Shown here one piece after another: positions 17,644 through 26,895 of a stretch of 64,000 bases of DNA (positions are counted from its first letter, which is position 1; every line of letters begins with the position of its first letter). The translations under genes and the position numbers were made by a program. Source of the stretch: Shigella phage SP18. Location of the stretch: the sequence record GQ981382, one strand, 5' to 3'. The notes beneath the pieces are model-generated. The model did no database searches and was not told the origin of the DNA. It saw only the letters and a list, made by a program, of their open reading frames with translations.

Positions 17644-18003
17644 TTAACCTCGCTTCATGAAGGCATTAAAAATCTGGTCATCAATATCAGTAGGCGGTTC
17701 TTGAGCTTTGACCCAAGCCCCTTCCAGAATGTCATTTGCTTCAGTAGATATCATGACCCCAATTTCAGGGTTTCCGGTTATCCATACTGCACAATCGCGG
17801 ACATTCTTTTTATCAAATGGATAACCACGATTATCTTCACAAGGCCCATTCATTGTCATAAATGAACGAGCCTTTATGATAACATCATCTTTAACGATAA
17901 TATAACCAATCGCCTGATTATAACGAGGCTCACGAAATTCATAGTGAGCATTACCATTATTATTGCTCACCAGTTCAAAATTCAGAAAATTATAATAACT
18001 CAT
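17644..18003 (-). CDS. hypothetical protein with C-terminal DDQIFNAFMKRG tail
   Basis: 119 aa; shares about 40-bp 3' coding segment with the adjacent upstream gene. Confidence 0.5.
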   Translation of the reverse strand: MSYYNFLNFELVSNNNGNAHYEFREPRYNQAIGYIIVKDDVIIKARSFMTMNGPCEDNRGYPFDKKNVRDCAVWITGNPEIGVMISTEANDILEGAWVKAQEPPTDIDDQIFNAFMKRG

Positions 18004-18004
18004 A

Positions 18005-18445
18005 TTAATCTCGCTTCATGAAGGCATTAAAAATTTGGTCGTCAACTGAATATACAGGGGTTTCCAGAAGTTTCAAAAGACTGTTTTTAATGTACTTACC
18101 CGGGATACCCATATTAACAATACTGTCATTCAATTCATTATCAGGGTTGATGTCTTTAAATTCAAACCCATCAAATTCAACCTTGTCAGGAATACCATCA
18201 GCGAAAAAATAAACCAATTGGTGCATTGTATTGCGCGAAAATAATTTAGACTTGACCGCAATAAGTTCTTGCCAATGGTTTAATTCTTTGTTAAGAAGTT
18301 TATGAGCAAACGTAATTCTATTATCACTATCAACAAGAAAATAACCCAGGTATTGAATGGGTTCGTCGCTCCAAAACATCCTGTATGCTTGTGCATTTTG
18401 ATTTTTACAACGAAGTTTTTTGATAACTAGAGTTCTGTTAATCAT
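18005..18445 (-). CDS. hypothetical protein with C-terminal DDQIFNAFMKRD tail
   Basis: start trimmed to MINRTLVIKK to abut sp; about 146 aa. Confidence 0.5.
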   Translation of the reverse strand: MINRTLVIKKLRCKNQNAQAYRMFWSDEPIQYLGYFLVDSDNRITFAHKLLNKELNHWQELIAVKSKLFSRNTMHQLVYFFADGIPDKVEFDGFEFKDINPDNELNDSIVNMGIPGKYIKNSLLKLLETPVYSVDDQIFNAFMKRD

Positions 18446-18446
18446 T

Positions 18447-18740
18447 TTATTCACCTGTAACCCATTGAACAATCTTGCTGTTGTCAAATGAAGCATCGCA
18501 ATACAGAACATAGTTATACTGCATAACATCACCAGAAGTCAATTGGTCAGATACTTCTTTAACCATATCAGGACGGTCACGTTTAGTAATATTCATGATG
18601 TCAGCATAAATCTGATGTTCAACATCAGCCTGGTCAGCAGTCATGGACCACTCGCAAAGGTCTTTATCAAGTCCAGCAGTAACTGGAGCTGTGCCACATG
18701 ATGCTACGGTAAGAATTGCTGCGATTAATAACTTTTTCAT
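18447..18740 (-). CDS. sp: Spackle periplasmic protein (superinfection exclusion; inhibitor of gp5 lysozyme)
   Basis: 97 aa with signal peptide; DKDLCEWSMTADQ and MQYNYVLYCD motifs as in T4 Sp. Confidence 0.85.
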   Translation of the reverse strand: MKKLLIAAILTVASCGTAPVTAGLDKDLCEWSMTADQADVEHQIYADIMNITKRDRPDMVKEVSDQLTSGDVMQYNYVLYCDASFDNSKIVQWVTGE

Positions 18741-18768
18741 TTCAATCTCCTCAGTAGTTGATAGGGAT

Positions 18769-18798
18769 AATATACTGCATTATCCCTATGTTGTACAC
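18769..18798 (-). promoter_or_regulatory. early promoter (GTGTAC -35, TATATT -10) upstream of sp
   Basis: recurrent cassette with leader ATCAACTACTGAGG. Confidence 0.5.
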
Positions 18799-19002
18799 TT
18801 ATTTTTCGTTAGAACGATAATCATATTCAAAAACTTTATTGTCATTAACAAAGGCTTTAACCAGCGCATTATTCACTTCTGCATACTGCACTGTAACCCA
18901 TTCAATCATATTTTTGTCACTGACATCCAGCGCGGTTTCTTTGGTAAACATATTACCATTTTCAAACCAACCAATAAACACTACGTTCTCTAATTTATAC
19001 AT
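18799..19002 (-). CDS. dmd: Dmd antitoxin-like protein (inhibitor of host RnlA/LsoA toxins)
   Basis: 67 aa; VVFIGWFENGNMFTKE...VQYAEVNNALVKAF closely resembles T4 Dmd. Confidence 0.75.
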   Translation of the reverse strand: MYKLENVVFIGWFENGNMFTKETALDVSDKNMIEWVTVQYAEVNNALVKAFVNDNKVFEYDYRSNEK

Positions 19003-19320
19003 TTAGATTTCCTCACAAAACGCCCATGCGGCGTGATAAACTGTTGCGCCTTTAGTGTCATTTAAACAAACCACGTCAACAGGTGCAATCACACGATAAA
19101 GACGGGGTTCTCCTCCATATGAGCGAGCTGCTCTTCCTGCATAGATACGCGCCAAACCAATATCTTCAGTAAAAAACACACGCCCTAAATTTTTCTTACG
19201 CCCAACTTCTGACAAAACGCCAGTTGCATCAGGAGGACAAAGCATATTTTGGATTCCAGCATTAGAGCTTGACCCATGATAATAAACTTTGTATTCTGCC
19301 TTGCAATCAATGGTTTTCAT
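19003..19320 (-). CDS. hypothetical protein
   Basis: 105 aa ORF, stop/start abutting dmd. Confidence 0.5.
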   Translation of the reverse strand: MKTIDCKAEYKVYYHGSSSNAGIQNMLCPPDATGVLSEVGRKKNLGRVFFTEDIGLARIYAGRAARSYGGEPRLYRVIAPVDVVCLNDTKGATVYHAAWAFCEEI

Positions 19321-19364
19321 TTTATTCTCCAGTAGTTGATAGGGTCATTATAACATAAGAAAAA

Positions 19365-19379
19365 GGGGCTGTAAGCCCC
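19365..19379 (-). terminator. hairpin terminator (GGGGC-tgtaa-GCCCC plus U-tract)
   Basis: inverted repeat with flanking A/T runs. Confidence 0.5.
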
Positions 19380-19388
19380 TTTGTTCAC

Positions 19389-19691
19389 TTACGCCAACTC
19401 ATAGTTGTGCATAGTCAGACAACGAATTTTCCCAGTAGTTGGGTGCATAACAGTCACACTAATTGTGTAATCATCACACACGTTAACAAAAGGTTCGGCG
19501 ATAACATATACTGCCCCACCTGCCAACAGGTATTCACGAAGAGAGCTGCGAACAGATGAAGGTTGAACATCGCTTTTGAGCTTTATTAATTTACCAGTTT
19601 GAATGCCTGATGCGATAAGAGCAGCACAGTTTTCATCACGGCGAGCGAATTGTCCAAAATAGTAACGATTCATGTCGGTTTGATTAAACAT
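19389..19691 (-). CDS. hypothetical protein
   Basis: 100 aa ORF. Confidence 0.5.
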   Translation of the reverse strand: MFNQTDMNRYYFGQFARRDENCAALIASGIQTGKLIKLKSDVQPSSVRSSLREYLLAGGAVYVIAEPFVNVCDDYTISVTVMHPTTGKIRCLTMHNYELA

Positions 19692-19740
19692 ATGGTTTTC
19701 CTTTTAACAGTTGGTTTATTGTGTAACTCAGTATGGAATC

Positions 19741-19770
19741 ATTATGTCCTAAGACAAGGGGCTTGTACAC
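19741..19770 (-). promoter_or_regulatory. early promoter (GTGTAC -35, CATAAT -10) with ATACTGAGTTAC leader
   Basis: second cassette subtype, also seen at 11.35, 47.5, 48.1 and 61.9 kb. Confidence 0.55.
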
Positions 19771-20018
19771 TATTTTAATTCATTAATTAAATGAAAATCT
19801 TGTGCATTGAAAGTAATGAAAAAATAATCATTCCCTTCAACTGAAGCATGACAGGCAACACTACACCAGCGCCTTGCTCTGTTCAAGGAGCAATCCAAAA
19901 TTTTAAAAGGCTTCAGACCAACAATGGCAGCTGTTCTTTTATTATGCTCACAAATATCAGCATACTTTTGGAGAGCTTCTTCAGATTTGAACTGGTAATG
20001 CACATTAACTAATAACAT
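19770..20018 (-). CDS. hypothetical Cys-rich protein
   Basis: 82 aa single-gene unit bounded by promoter-terminator cassettes on both sides. Confidence 0.5.
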   Translation of the reverse strand: MLLVNVHYQFKSEEALQKYADICEHNKRTAAIVGLKPFKILDCSLNRARRWCSVACHASVEGNDYFFITFNAQDFHLINELK

Positions 20019-20049
20019 TTTATTATCCTCATCAGTAGTTGATGGGATA

Positions 20050-20079
20050 ATAGTACACCCTTTTTATGGTGATGTAAAC
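20050..20079 (-). promoter_or_regulatory. early promoter (GTTTAC -35, TACTAT -10); about 55 bp near-identical to the cassette at 51.8 kb
   Basis: GGTTTACatcaccataaaaagggtgTACTATtatcccatcaactactgatgagg. Confidence 0.55.
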
Positions 20080-20092
20080 CTCTAAAATGAAA

Positions 20093-20106
20093 AAGACCCG
20101 AAGGTC
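20093..20106 (-). terminator. CUUCGG hairpin terminator downstream of gene 41
   Basis: AGACC-cgaa-GGTCT with flanking A/T runs. Confidence 0.55.
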
Positions 20107-20107
20107 T

Positions 20108-21547
20108 TTAGAATTTCATTTGAGCAGCAAGGTCGTCCAGGTCGCTCCTGTTGACCCTGGTTTGTCTATTCATTTCAGCCTGGCGATTCATCTCACCGGT
20201 GGCTTCTTTAACCGTAGGGCCTTGTTTAGGAGCTGAATCATCATCAACCTCGTACCAGCGCTGATTGCCTTTCTTAACACCCATCTTGAATTTATTATAG
20301 TAGTTCTTATCGCCATAACGAGACTTAAGCTGTTTGATTAACTGTAGACCCATTTGAGCGAATTCTTCGGTCTCAACAACACCCAACATAAAGTCAGCCG
20401 TGTGAGCAATACCAAAGGATTCTGCGATGTCAGCCATATCAATCTCAGCTGCAACGTTCGCACCCCTGGTTGTCTGCGCTGCAGTCCACAGGACCACATT
20501 TTTCTCAACAGCCAGACCACGAAGTTCTTCTGCAACCATCTTAATCAGGCCGTAACTGTTTTCGGTAAACGTTTTCAGTCTTGAGCTTGCACAGATTGCC
20601 AGGTAGTCAACAATAATCACATCCGGCACAAATCCTTGCTTCAGTTTGTATTCATTCAGCAATGCACGGAAGGTATCCGCATGAGCACCGCCAGTTGGAT
20701 ATTGTTTTATCTTCAGAGTCCCAAGAGTCCCGGAAGCACGCCATTTTTCCATCTTAGCTTTATATTCCGCCCATGATATATGACCTTCATCAATATCATC
20801 CAGAGATACATCCAGCAAGTTGGCATCAATACGTTTGGCACATACTTCTTCAGCCATTTCCATGCTTATATAAAGCACATTATGACCAGTCTGAAGATAG
20901 TCAGCCGCTAACGAACAAAGTCCAAGGGATTTGCCGACGTTCGTCCCGGCCAGTAAAACGTTCTCTGTACCGTACTCAACCCCACCCTTTGTGATTTTAT
21001 TCAGGATGTTAATACGGAACGGAACCTTCTTCGATTTGTTCAGATAAGTCTGGAATCGAGCTTCGTAATCGTTTAACCAGTCATGGCCCAAAGCGGAGTC
21101 AAAACAGATAGACAATGCGTCGCGCATGATGTCGGGGATAGCACCAATATCCGGGATTCGTTTATCACGTTTATCTTTCGGAAGTTCGGCATTACTCTGG
21201 ATTTCGATAATCCTGGATGTGGCATTGAACATCGCAGACTTCTGCACATACTTCTCGGTTTCTTTAACCAACCATTCCTGGTCTTCTGGAGTATCGGCCA
21301 GGACTCCTAAGAGTTTCTTTGTGCCTTCATATTCGACTTCAGAAAGGTCAGAACTGTCGAGCGCGATATCAAGTGCAGTCTTAGTTGGTACCGCTTGATA
21401 TTCTTTTACGTGTTCGTTAATCGTATTAAAAAGAGTCTTCGCGGGACCCTTTTCAAAATATGTGTTATTCAGATACGGCCAGACTTTAACAAAATATTCC
21501 TTGTTAAAGAGTAGCTGGGATAAAATAGTTTCTACCACTTCCACCAC
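20108..21547 (-). CDS. 41: replicative DNA helicase gp41 (DnaB-like)
   Basis: 479 aa; strong identity to T4 gp41 throughout (Walker A GTNVGKS, LYISMEMAEEVCAKRIDAN). Confidence 0.95.
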   Translation of the reverse strand: MVEVVETILSQLLFNKEYFVKVWPYLNNTYFEKGPAKTLFNTINEHVKEYQAVPTKTALDIALDSSDLSEVEYEGTKKLLGVLADTPEDQEWLVKETEKYVQKSAMFNATSRIIEIQSNAELPKDKRDKRIPDIGAIPDIMRDALSICFDSALGHDWLNDYEARFQTYLNKSKKVPFRINILNKITKGGVEYGTENVLLAGTNVGKSLGLCSLAADYLQTGHNVLYISMEMAEEVCAKRIDANLLDVSLDDIDEGHISWAEYKAKMEKWRASGTLGTLKIKQYPTGGAHADTFRALLNEYKLKQGFVPDVIIVDYLAICASSRLKTFTENSYGLIKMVAEELRGLAVEKNVVLWTAAQTTRGANVAAEIDMADIAESFGIAHTADFMLGVVETEEFAQMGLQLIKQLKSRYGDKNYYNKFKMGVKKGNQRWYEVDDDSAPKQGPTVKEATGEMNRQAEMNRQTRVNRSDLDDLAAQMKF

Positions 21548-21876
21548 CTCTTTTTCATTTTAATTTTATCAATTTCATCTTGTATTTGCATTGTAACACA
21601 CTTTTCTACATGCACAGCAAGCTCCGCTTTGCGGTCTTCAGAAGGGGTGCCGAAATCAACTGAAACTTTTCCAGATGGTTCAATTTTAATTCCGGTTACG
21701 TACACAATGTGACTGGACCCATCAGGGAGTGATAACAGAATTTCCTGCCGTACAGTTCCCATGGATTGCCGGATAATCTCCAAACTTTTTTCGTAGTAAG
21801 GTACAGAAGGAGCCTTAGCTCCCTCCGCATCTTTCTCGAAATTATCTAAATCAGATAAATCGATATCATTCATCAA
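21532..21876 (-). CDS. 40: gp40-like protein (head vertex assembly chaperone position)
   Basis: 114 aa between 41 and uvsX as in T4; positional. Confidence 0.5.
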   Translation of the reverse strand: MMNDIDLSDLDNFEKDAEGAKAPSVPYYEKSLEIIRQSMGTVRQEILLSLPDGSSHIVYVTGIKIEPSGKVSVDFGTPSEDRKAELAVHVEKCVTMQIQDEIDKIKMKKRWWKW

Positions 21877-23044
21877 GGTCTTCCATCATATCTAAATCGT
21901 TTTCGATATCTGCCGCAGACGGTTTTGTCTTACCTTCAGGAGCAGTGTATTTTTCAACCTTGGAGGCAATAAGCGCATCAACTTCGGCATCAACAACAGC
22001 ATTGCTATCGATTGCACCCAGTTGGTAATGGCGTTTGATTGCATCACGGAAAGGTTCGTGCTTGAACAGCGGGCCCCAGAATTCGGTGCAGTTAGTATCT
22101 TTTGCGCGCCATGATTTTTCTTCGCGGACCATTTCACCGGTCTCAACATCAAGATATTCACGGTTATACCAACCAACTTTTGGTTTCACCACAAATCCGA
22201 TTTCCATTGCCATATCAAGCAGGCCAGAATACGGGTCAATACCCCCATCGAATTTTACATCAATGAAGAATTTACTTTTCTCTTTGACCATACGAGATTT
22301 TTCGGCGTTCAGAACAAATTGGAAGCCTTCAAGTTCTTTACCAGTTTCTTTAATCTGGCGTTTGCCGATAATGAATACGGTGTCTGCGGAATACATAACA
22401 CCTGTACCACCGGTCATAACGGTTTTGCTATACATCTCAATCGTCTCGATTGTATGGTTAACCGCGACACAAGGAATATCCTTGATGCTAAAATACGGGG
22501 TAACAATACGGAACAGAGATTTCAGGGATTTAGCACGAGTCATATCACCAACAACTTTTTCGTTCATCGCATCTTCTGTTTCTTTTTTCGACGCCATGTT
22601 ACCGATTGAGTCAATAAAGATAATGACTTTTTCACCACGCTCAATTGCTTCAAGCTGGTTAACCATATCAACTTTCAATTGTTCAACCGACTGGATTGGT
22701 GTATGGATAACACGCTCCGGGTCAACTTTCATTGCACGAAGATATGCTTCTGTGATACCAAATTCTGAATCATAGAACAAACAGATTGCATCGGGGTATT
22801 TGTTCATATATGCAGAGACCATCGTTAAACCCATATTGGATTTAAAGTGTTTTGACGGACCAGCAAAAATAGTCAAACCTGACTGCATACCACCATCTAG
22901 TGCACCGCTGATTGCAATGTTCAGCATCGGGATTTTTGTACGAACTACATCTTTATCATTAAAGAACTTGGACTTGGTAAGAGTCGCAGTCATTTTGGAT
23001 GTAGAAGCTTTAATCAAACGGGATTTCAAATCTGCAATAGACAT
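21866..23044 (-). CDS. uvsX: UvsX recombinase (RecA/Rad51 family)
   Basis: 392 aa; near-colinear with T4 UvsX (Walker A GPSKHFKSN). Confidence 0.95.
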   Translation of the reverse strand: MSIADLKSRLIKASTSKMTATLTKSKFFNDKDVVRTKIPMLNIAISGALDGGMQSGLTIFAGPSKHFKSNMGLTMVSAYMNKYPDAICLFYDSEFGITEAYLRAMKVDPERVIHTPIQSVEQLKVDMVNQLEAIERGEKVIIFIDSIGNMASKKETEDAMNEKVVGDMTRAKSLKSLFRIVTPYFSIKDIPCVAVNHTIETIEMYSKTVMTGGTGVMYSADTVFIIGKRQIKETGKELEGFQFVLNAEKSRMVKEKSKFFIDVKFDGGIDPYSGLLDMAMEIGFVVKPKVGWYNREYLDVETGEMVREEKSWRAKDTNCTEFWGPLFKHEPFRDAIKRHYQLGAIDSNAVVDAEVDALIASKVEKYTAPEGKTKPSAADIENDLDMMEDLDE

Positions 23045-23129
23045 TCATTTTTTCCATAGGCACCATTATATTTTTCTCACAGGTTTAAGATAGGATAATT
23101 ATATCACTGTATTTTTAGAGCAATTAATG

Positions 23130-23633
23130 TTAGTTAATACCTTGGCGTGCTTTCTCTTTAGCTATACATTTATTAATATAGCTCAGACGGTTTTGAGCAG
23201 AACGCTGATACATATCGCGGTACTCATTAGCTTTTGGAGAACCCGTCTCCGCCGCCTGATAAGCTTCCGCGCGCATGATGTTTATCTGCATATTGATGTA
23301 TGACATGCAGACCTGCGAAATCTGGTTAACAGTATCCAGGTCATTTTGTCGCTTGGTTTCTGCTTCCAGCTTGGCAATGATTTCGTCATGCTTCGCAGCT
23401 TGCTCGCGTTTGTACTCAATTTCTTGTTGAGCATATTTCGCGCAGTTGTTTCCACATTGATTGTTGTCGCGTTTGTAGATAAGTCCAGTACCACCTTTGA
23501 AATCAAAGGAACCATTATGCACCCGACGGTCGGCAGCAATTCGCGCTTTACCAATCTCGTTGGCATTAACAACATCACCCTGGTAAGCACAACCAGATAG
23601 CAGCATAACAGCTGCGATAGCTAACTTTTTCAT
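23130..23633 (-). CDS. lipoprotein of unknown function, coiled-coil rich
   Basis: signal peptide plus lipobox MKKLAIAAVMLLSGC; track ORF extended upstream. Confidence 0.55.
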   Translation of the reverse strand: MKKLAIAAVMLLSGCAYQGDVVNANEIGKARIAADRRVHNGSFDFKGGTGLIYKRDNNQCGNNCAKYAQQEIEYKREQAAKHDEIIAKLEAETKRQNDLDTVNQISQVCMSYINMQINIMRAEAYQAAETGSPKANEYRDMYQRSAQNRLSYINKCIAKEKARQGIN

Positions 23634-23783
23634 TGTATTTTCCTCAATTAAAACATTCATAGCGGGCTTGGAGCCCCAAAAATACCCAACCCAAAATTAA
23701 AGTTGGAATCATATGTGGAGTCATTATTGCCCAGTAGATTGACATACTAAAAAATGCAATCAGTACAATAATTGTAATTATCT

Positions 23784-24026
23784 TCATTTTGCTTCCTTGA
23801 TGATAATTACTTGTGCGTTTGATTTACGTTCAGCAACGAGTGCCCAGATAAATGCAATAAACCATCCGACCATTGTCCAACCTAACAGGAGGTTAACAAA
23901 GAAGATTCCGCAATTACTTTTGGTTCCACGCAGTAGCGCGATAATCCACGGCAGAAAATATGCCAGTGCAGCCAGGAAGAAAGAACCTGCACCAAGAACA
24001 ACAGTACCCGCAATTAATGTTTCCAT
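23784..24026 (-). CDS. small two-TM membrane protein (possible Imm-like, immediately upstream of gene 43)
   Basis: 80 aa highly hydrophobic; T4 imm occupies this position; assignment tentative. Confidence 0.5.
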   Translation of the reverse strand: METLIAGTVVLGAGSFFLAALAYFLPWIIALLRGTKSNCGIFFVNLLLGWTMVGWFIAFIWALVAERKSNAQVIIIKEAK

Positions 24027-24095
24027 TTTAATATCCTTAAGTTATTCATCAGTTGATGGGGTAATCATACGGCAATCCATTGCCGTTGTAAACAC

Positions 24096-26810
24096 TTAAA
24101 AGTCAAACATATCAAAAAGAGTTGCTTTCTTTTCGTAATCAACCTTAGCTGCTTCAGAGAAACCTGTTAATGGCTTAACAAAAGTCTTCTGGAACAGTGT
24201 GTTGTAGTCCATCCACTGCAAGACTTGGTCACGAATTTCAATCGGGAGTTCAATCCCTGACGGCCATGCAATCACAGTTTCACCAAACGGGTTGCCGACT
24301 TTAAGAGGAAGTACATACACCTTTTCCCCTTCCATGATTTGCGGAACAGTCTTCAGACCTTTAGTTGCACGCATATATGCAAGCACACCTTTGATATGAG
24401 CCGGACACTTAAATCCAGGGAAACCGCCTTCATTATATTTCTGGATGTTGTTAACCGATGATACACCTGCGATGGTCATGTAGTTAAGCTCATTAAATTC
24501 CTTATTGAATTCCTTGAAGTATGTCTGCAGAGATTCTTCACCTTCTTGCAGCATACGGCGGATACATTCTTTCAGAGCTTTCTGACATGCCTTTGGAGTA
24601 CTCGACTTTTGAGTTTCCAGACCCATGATTTTCAGTTTCGGAACCGCATATCGTGTGCCTTCCATATCGTACACGTTCAGCGCATAACGCTTCTTCGCCG
24701 TCCAGAATCCACCCACACCTTTAGAACCCAGCGGAGGACATGCAATCGCCTCACGGTCCATAAACATAAGGTGCTGTTTGTTGTTCATGTATTCAGCCAG
24801 CTCACGGAAAGCTTTATCGATTGCCGGTTCCAGACGGTCTTTCGCAAACTTGTCCATGAAGTCAACCAGGTGGTTTGTATCACGGAATTTAGATTCGCCA
24901 CCAACCTTTTTAATCAGGTTATCGCACTGGATATAAATGGAGTCAGTATCGCCATAGAACACATAAGTTTCACCGCTTGTCCCACAAACACTATCGAAGT
25001 ATTCGTTAACTTTACGCTCAATCCACTGCAATGCAAGTTGTCCGAAAGATGTAATCGCGGTTGCATTTCGCAGGTCAAAGTAACGGAACCAGATATTACC
25101 CAGAGCGCCATAACAACTGTTGATAAGCAGTTTACGGTTAATCTGTGCGGTCATGCCTGCAACTTCTTCCATCTGCGCTTTGTACAACATACCATTCAGA
25201 ACTGTTTGATTCAGACCATGTAAGGTTGTTTTCATATTGTCATCAAAGTCATGACGATAATCAACTTCAGGCTCGGTTGTACCAGTTCCTGGATTACGCA
25301 GAGCTTCCTTAATCAGTTCACCATTACGTTGAGCCGCAAGCATATAGCCTTTGTGCTCTTTACGCTGATTAAACACCTTGGTGACTTCTGTCGGAATAAT
25401 ACCCGCAACATCTTTAAAATACATCATACCATTTGGAGCACAACTAAATGTATCAGATGGACGGTCAGCAGTTCCTGCGATGTATTCGTACATCGGCGCT
25501 GGTGCAAATGACCCGGCAATCGTTTCTGGACTGATGTTAATCTGTCGGATGATGCTCGGATACAGAGATGTTAAGTCACAGCTCATAACGTATTTGTATG
25601 CGTTCGGAATCGGTTCCTTAACAAATGCACCAGGGAACGATTGGCGAACATGTGATTTGGTTTCCGGAATGACTTTGTTTTGAGTCTTCAGGCTGTTAAA
25701 GATAATCGCATCCCAAGTTTTGATTGGGCTGAATACAGACTGAATCTGCATTTTTGCATAATAACCCATTGACTGGCTCAGGTTAATAAACTGCCGCTTA
25801 CGGTCAATCTGCACAACACGATAAACGTCGATGATGTTATAAGAAATATACCGCTGGTGATTTGATTCACGCAGTTTAGAAATCGGGCCATCATACGGGA
25901 GTTTACCAACACCCAGTTCAGATTCCGCAACATAATCCAACGAATAAGACGGTTGGTTTGTGAAGCTGAACTTTTTATACAGGTCCAGATAATCCAGAAC
26001 AGAGATACCCAGAATCTGAATGATTTCTTGTTCTTCACCAAAGCCGTTGTTAATGACTTTAACTTTTGTACGACGATGTGGGCTCAGACGTTTTGCCGTA
26101 GCTTCACCAAATACATTTTTAAGGCGGTTGTAGATATATGGAATATCAAACTTCTCGATGTTCCAACCAGTTAACATAACCGGAGTTTTCTCGTTCCAGA
26201 ATACCAAATACTGCTGGAGCATTTCTTCTTCTGAATCGAAAGCCATATAAACAATTTTTTCCAGGATTTCTTCCGGGACTTCATCACCACCATCTTCCTG
26301 CAGCTTAGCAGCAATATCAATAGACCATTGCTCCACAGTGGCGTATGGTGAGCCCAAAAGGTCAAAGACATAGAATTTATCGTCTACCGAATCATAGTGC
26401 GTCAGGGCATCAATAGGGTGACGTGCTTCAGACGGTTCAGGAAACCCATCAGGAGATGTCACCTCGATATCGAAGTTAGCAACACGGATTTTACTTGAAT
26501 CATATTTGATTTCGTGTGGGTAACGGTCGGACAAGTATGCGAGTTTAAAGTCGTCCATACCCATAGCTTCGAGACCCATGTCATTCATTCGCTTCATCCA
26601 CTGGGATGCATCACGCATGGAATCGAATTCTTTTTTCACACAACCTTTATTATAGATGTCTGTATACTTTGCAGCTTGGTCTTCGCGGGCGTGCATAAAC
26701 AAGCATGGAGCATAAGGGATTTCACGAACACGTTCATGACCATTCTTGTCAATATATCGTTCGAGCAGATTGTCACCGATTTGTTCGATAGTTAAATAAA
26801 ATTCTTGCAT
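24096..26810 (-). CDS. 43: DNA polymerase gp43 (family B, 3'-5' exonuclease plus polymerase)
   Basis: 904 aa; exo motifs FDIEV and YNIIDV, polymerase motifs DLTSLYPSII, KILINSCYG, YGDTDS; RB69-like by memory. Confidence 0.95.
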   Translation of the reverse strand: MQEFYLTIEQIGDNLLERYIDKNGHERVREIPYAPCLFMHAREDQAAKYTDIYNKGCVKKEFDSMRDASQWMKRMNDMGLEAMGMDDFKLAYLSDRYPHEIKYDSSKIRVANFDIEVTSPDGFPEPSEARHPIDALTHYDSVDDKFYVFDLLGSPYATVEQWSIDIAAKLQEDGGDEVPEEILEKIVYMAFDSEEEMLQQYLVFWNEKTPVMLTGWNIEKFDIPYIYNRLKNVFGEATAKRLSPHRRTKVKVINNGFGEEQEIIQILGISVLDYLDLYKKFSFTNQPSYSLDYVAESELGVGKLPYDGPISKLRESNHQRYISYNIIDVYRVVQIDRKRQFINLSQSMGYYAKMQIQSVFSPIKTWDAIIFNSLKTQNKVIPETKSHVRQSFPGAFVKEPIPNAYKYVMSCDLTSLYPSIIRQINISPETIAGSFAPAPMYEYIAGTADRPSDTFSCAPNGMMYFKDVAGIIPTEVTKVFNQRKEHKGYMLAAQRNGELIKEALRNPGTGTTEPEVDYRHDFDDNMKTTLHGLNQTVLNGMLYKAQMEEVAGMTAQINRKLLINSCYGALGNIWFRYFDLRNATAITSFGQLALQWIERKVNEYFDSVCGTSGETYVFYGDTDSIYIQCDNLIKKVGGESKFRDTNHLVDFMDKFAKDRLEPAIDKAFRELAEYMNNKQHLMFMDREAIACPPLGSKGVGGFWTAKKRYALNVYDMEGTRYAVPKLKIMGLETQKSSTPKACQKALKECIRRMLQEGEESLQTYFKEFNKEFNELNYMTIAGVSSVNNIQKYNEGGFPGFKCPAHIKGVLAYMRATKGLKTVPQIMEGEKVYVLPLKVGNPFGETVIAWPSGIELPIEIRDQVLQWMDYNTLFQKTFVKPLTGFSEAAKVDYEKKATLFDMFDF

Positions 26811-26874
26811 TTGGTTTCCTTTATAGTCGAGTGATTGACTTTTGTTTTATGACTTGATGCTATTATACTACAAA

Positions 26875-26889
26875 AGGGACCGAAGTCCC
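26875..26889 (-). terminator. CUUCGG hairpin between regA region and gene 43
   Basis: GGGAC-cgaa-GTCCC followed by U-tract on the minus strand, about 60 nt upstream of the gene 43 ATG. Confidence 0.5.
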
Positions 26890-26895
26890 TTTGCT

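Noticed and set aside
26811-26895. gp43 translational operator hairpin immediately upstream of the gene 43 start
   Set aside because: The only strong hairpin (26875-26889) is about 60 nt upstream and followed by a U-tract, more consistent with a terminator or processing site than the SD-adjacent operator; I cannot confirm operator identity from sequence alone.
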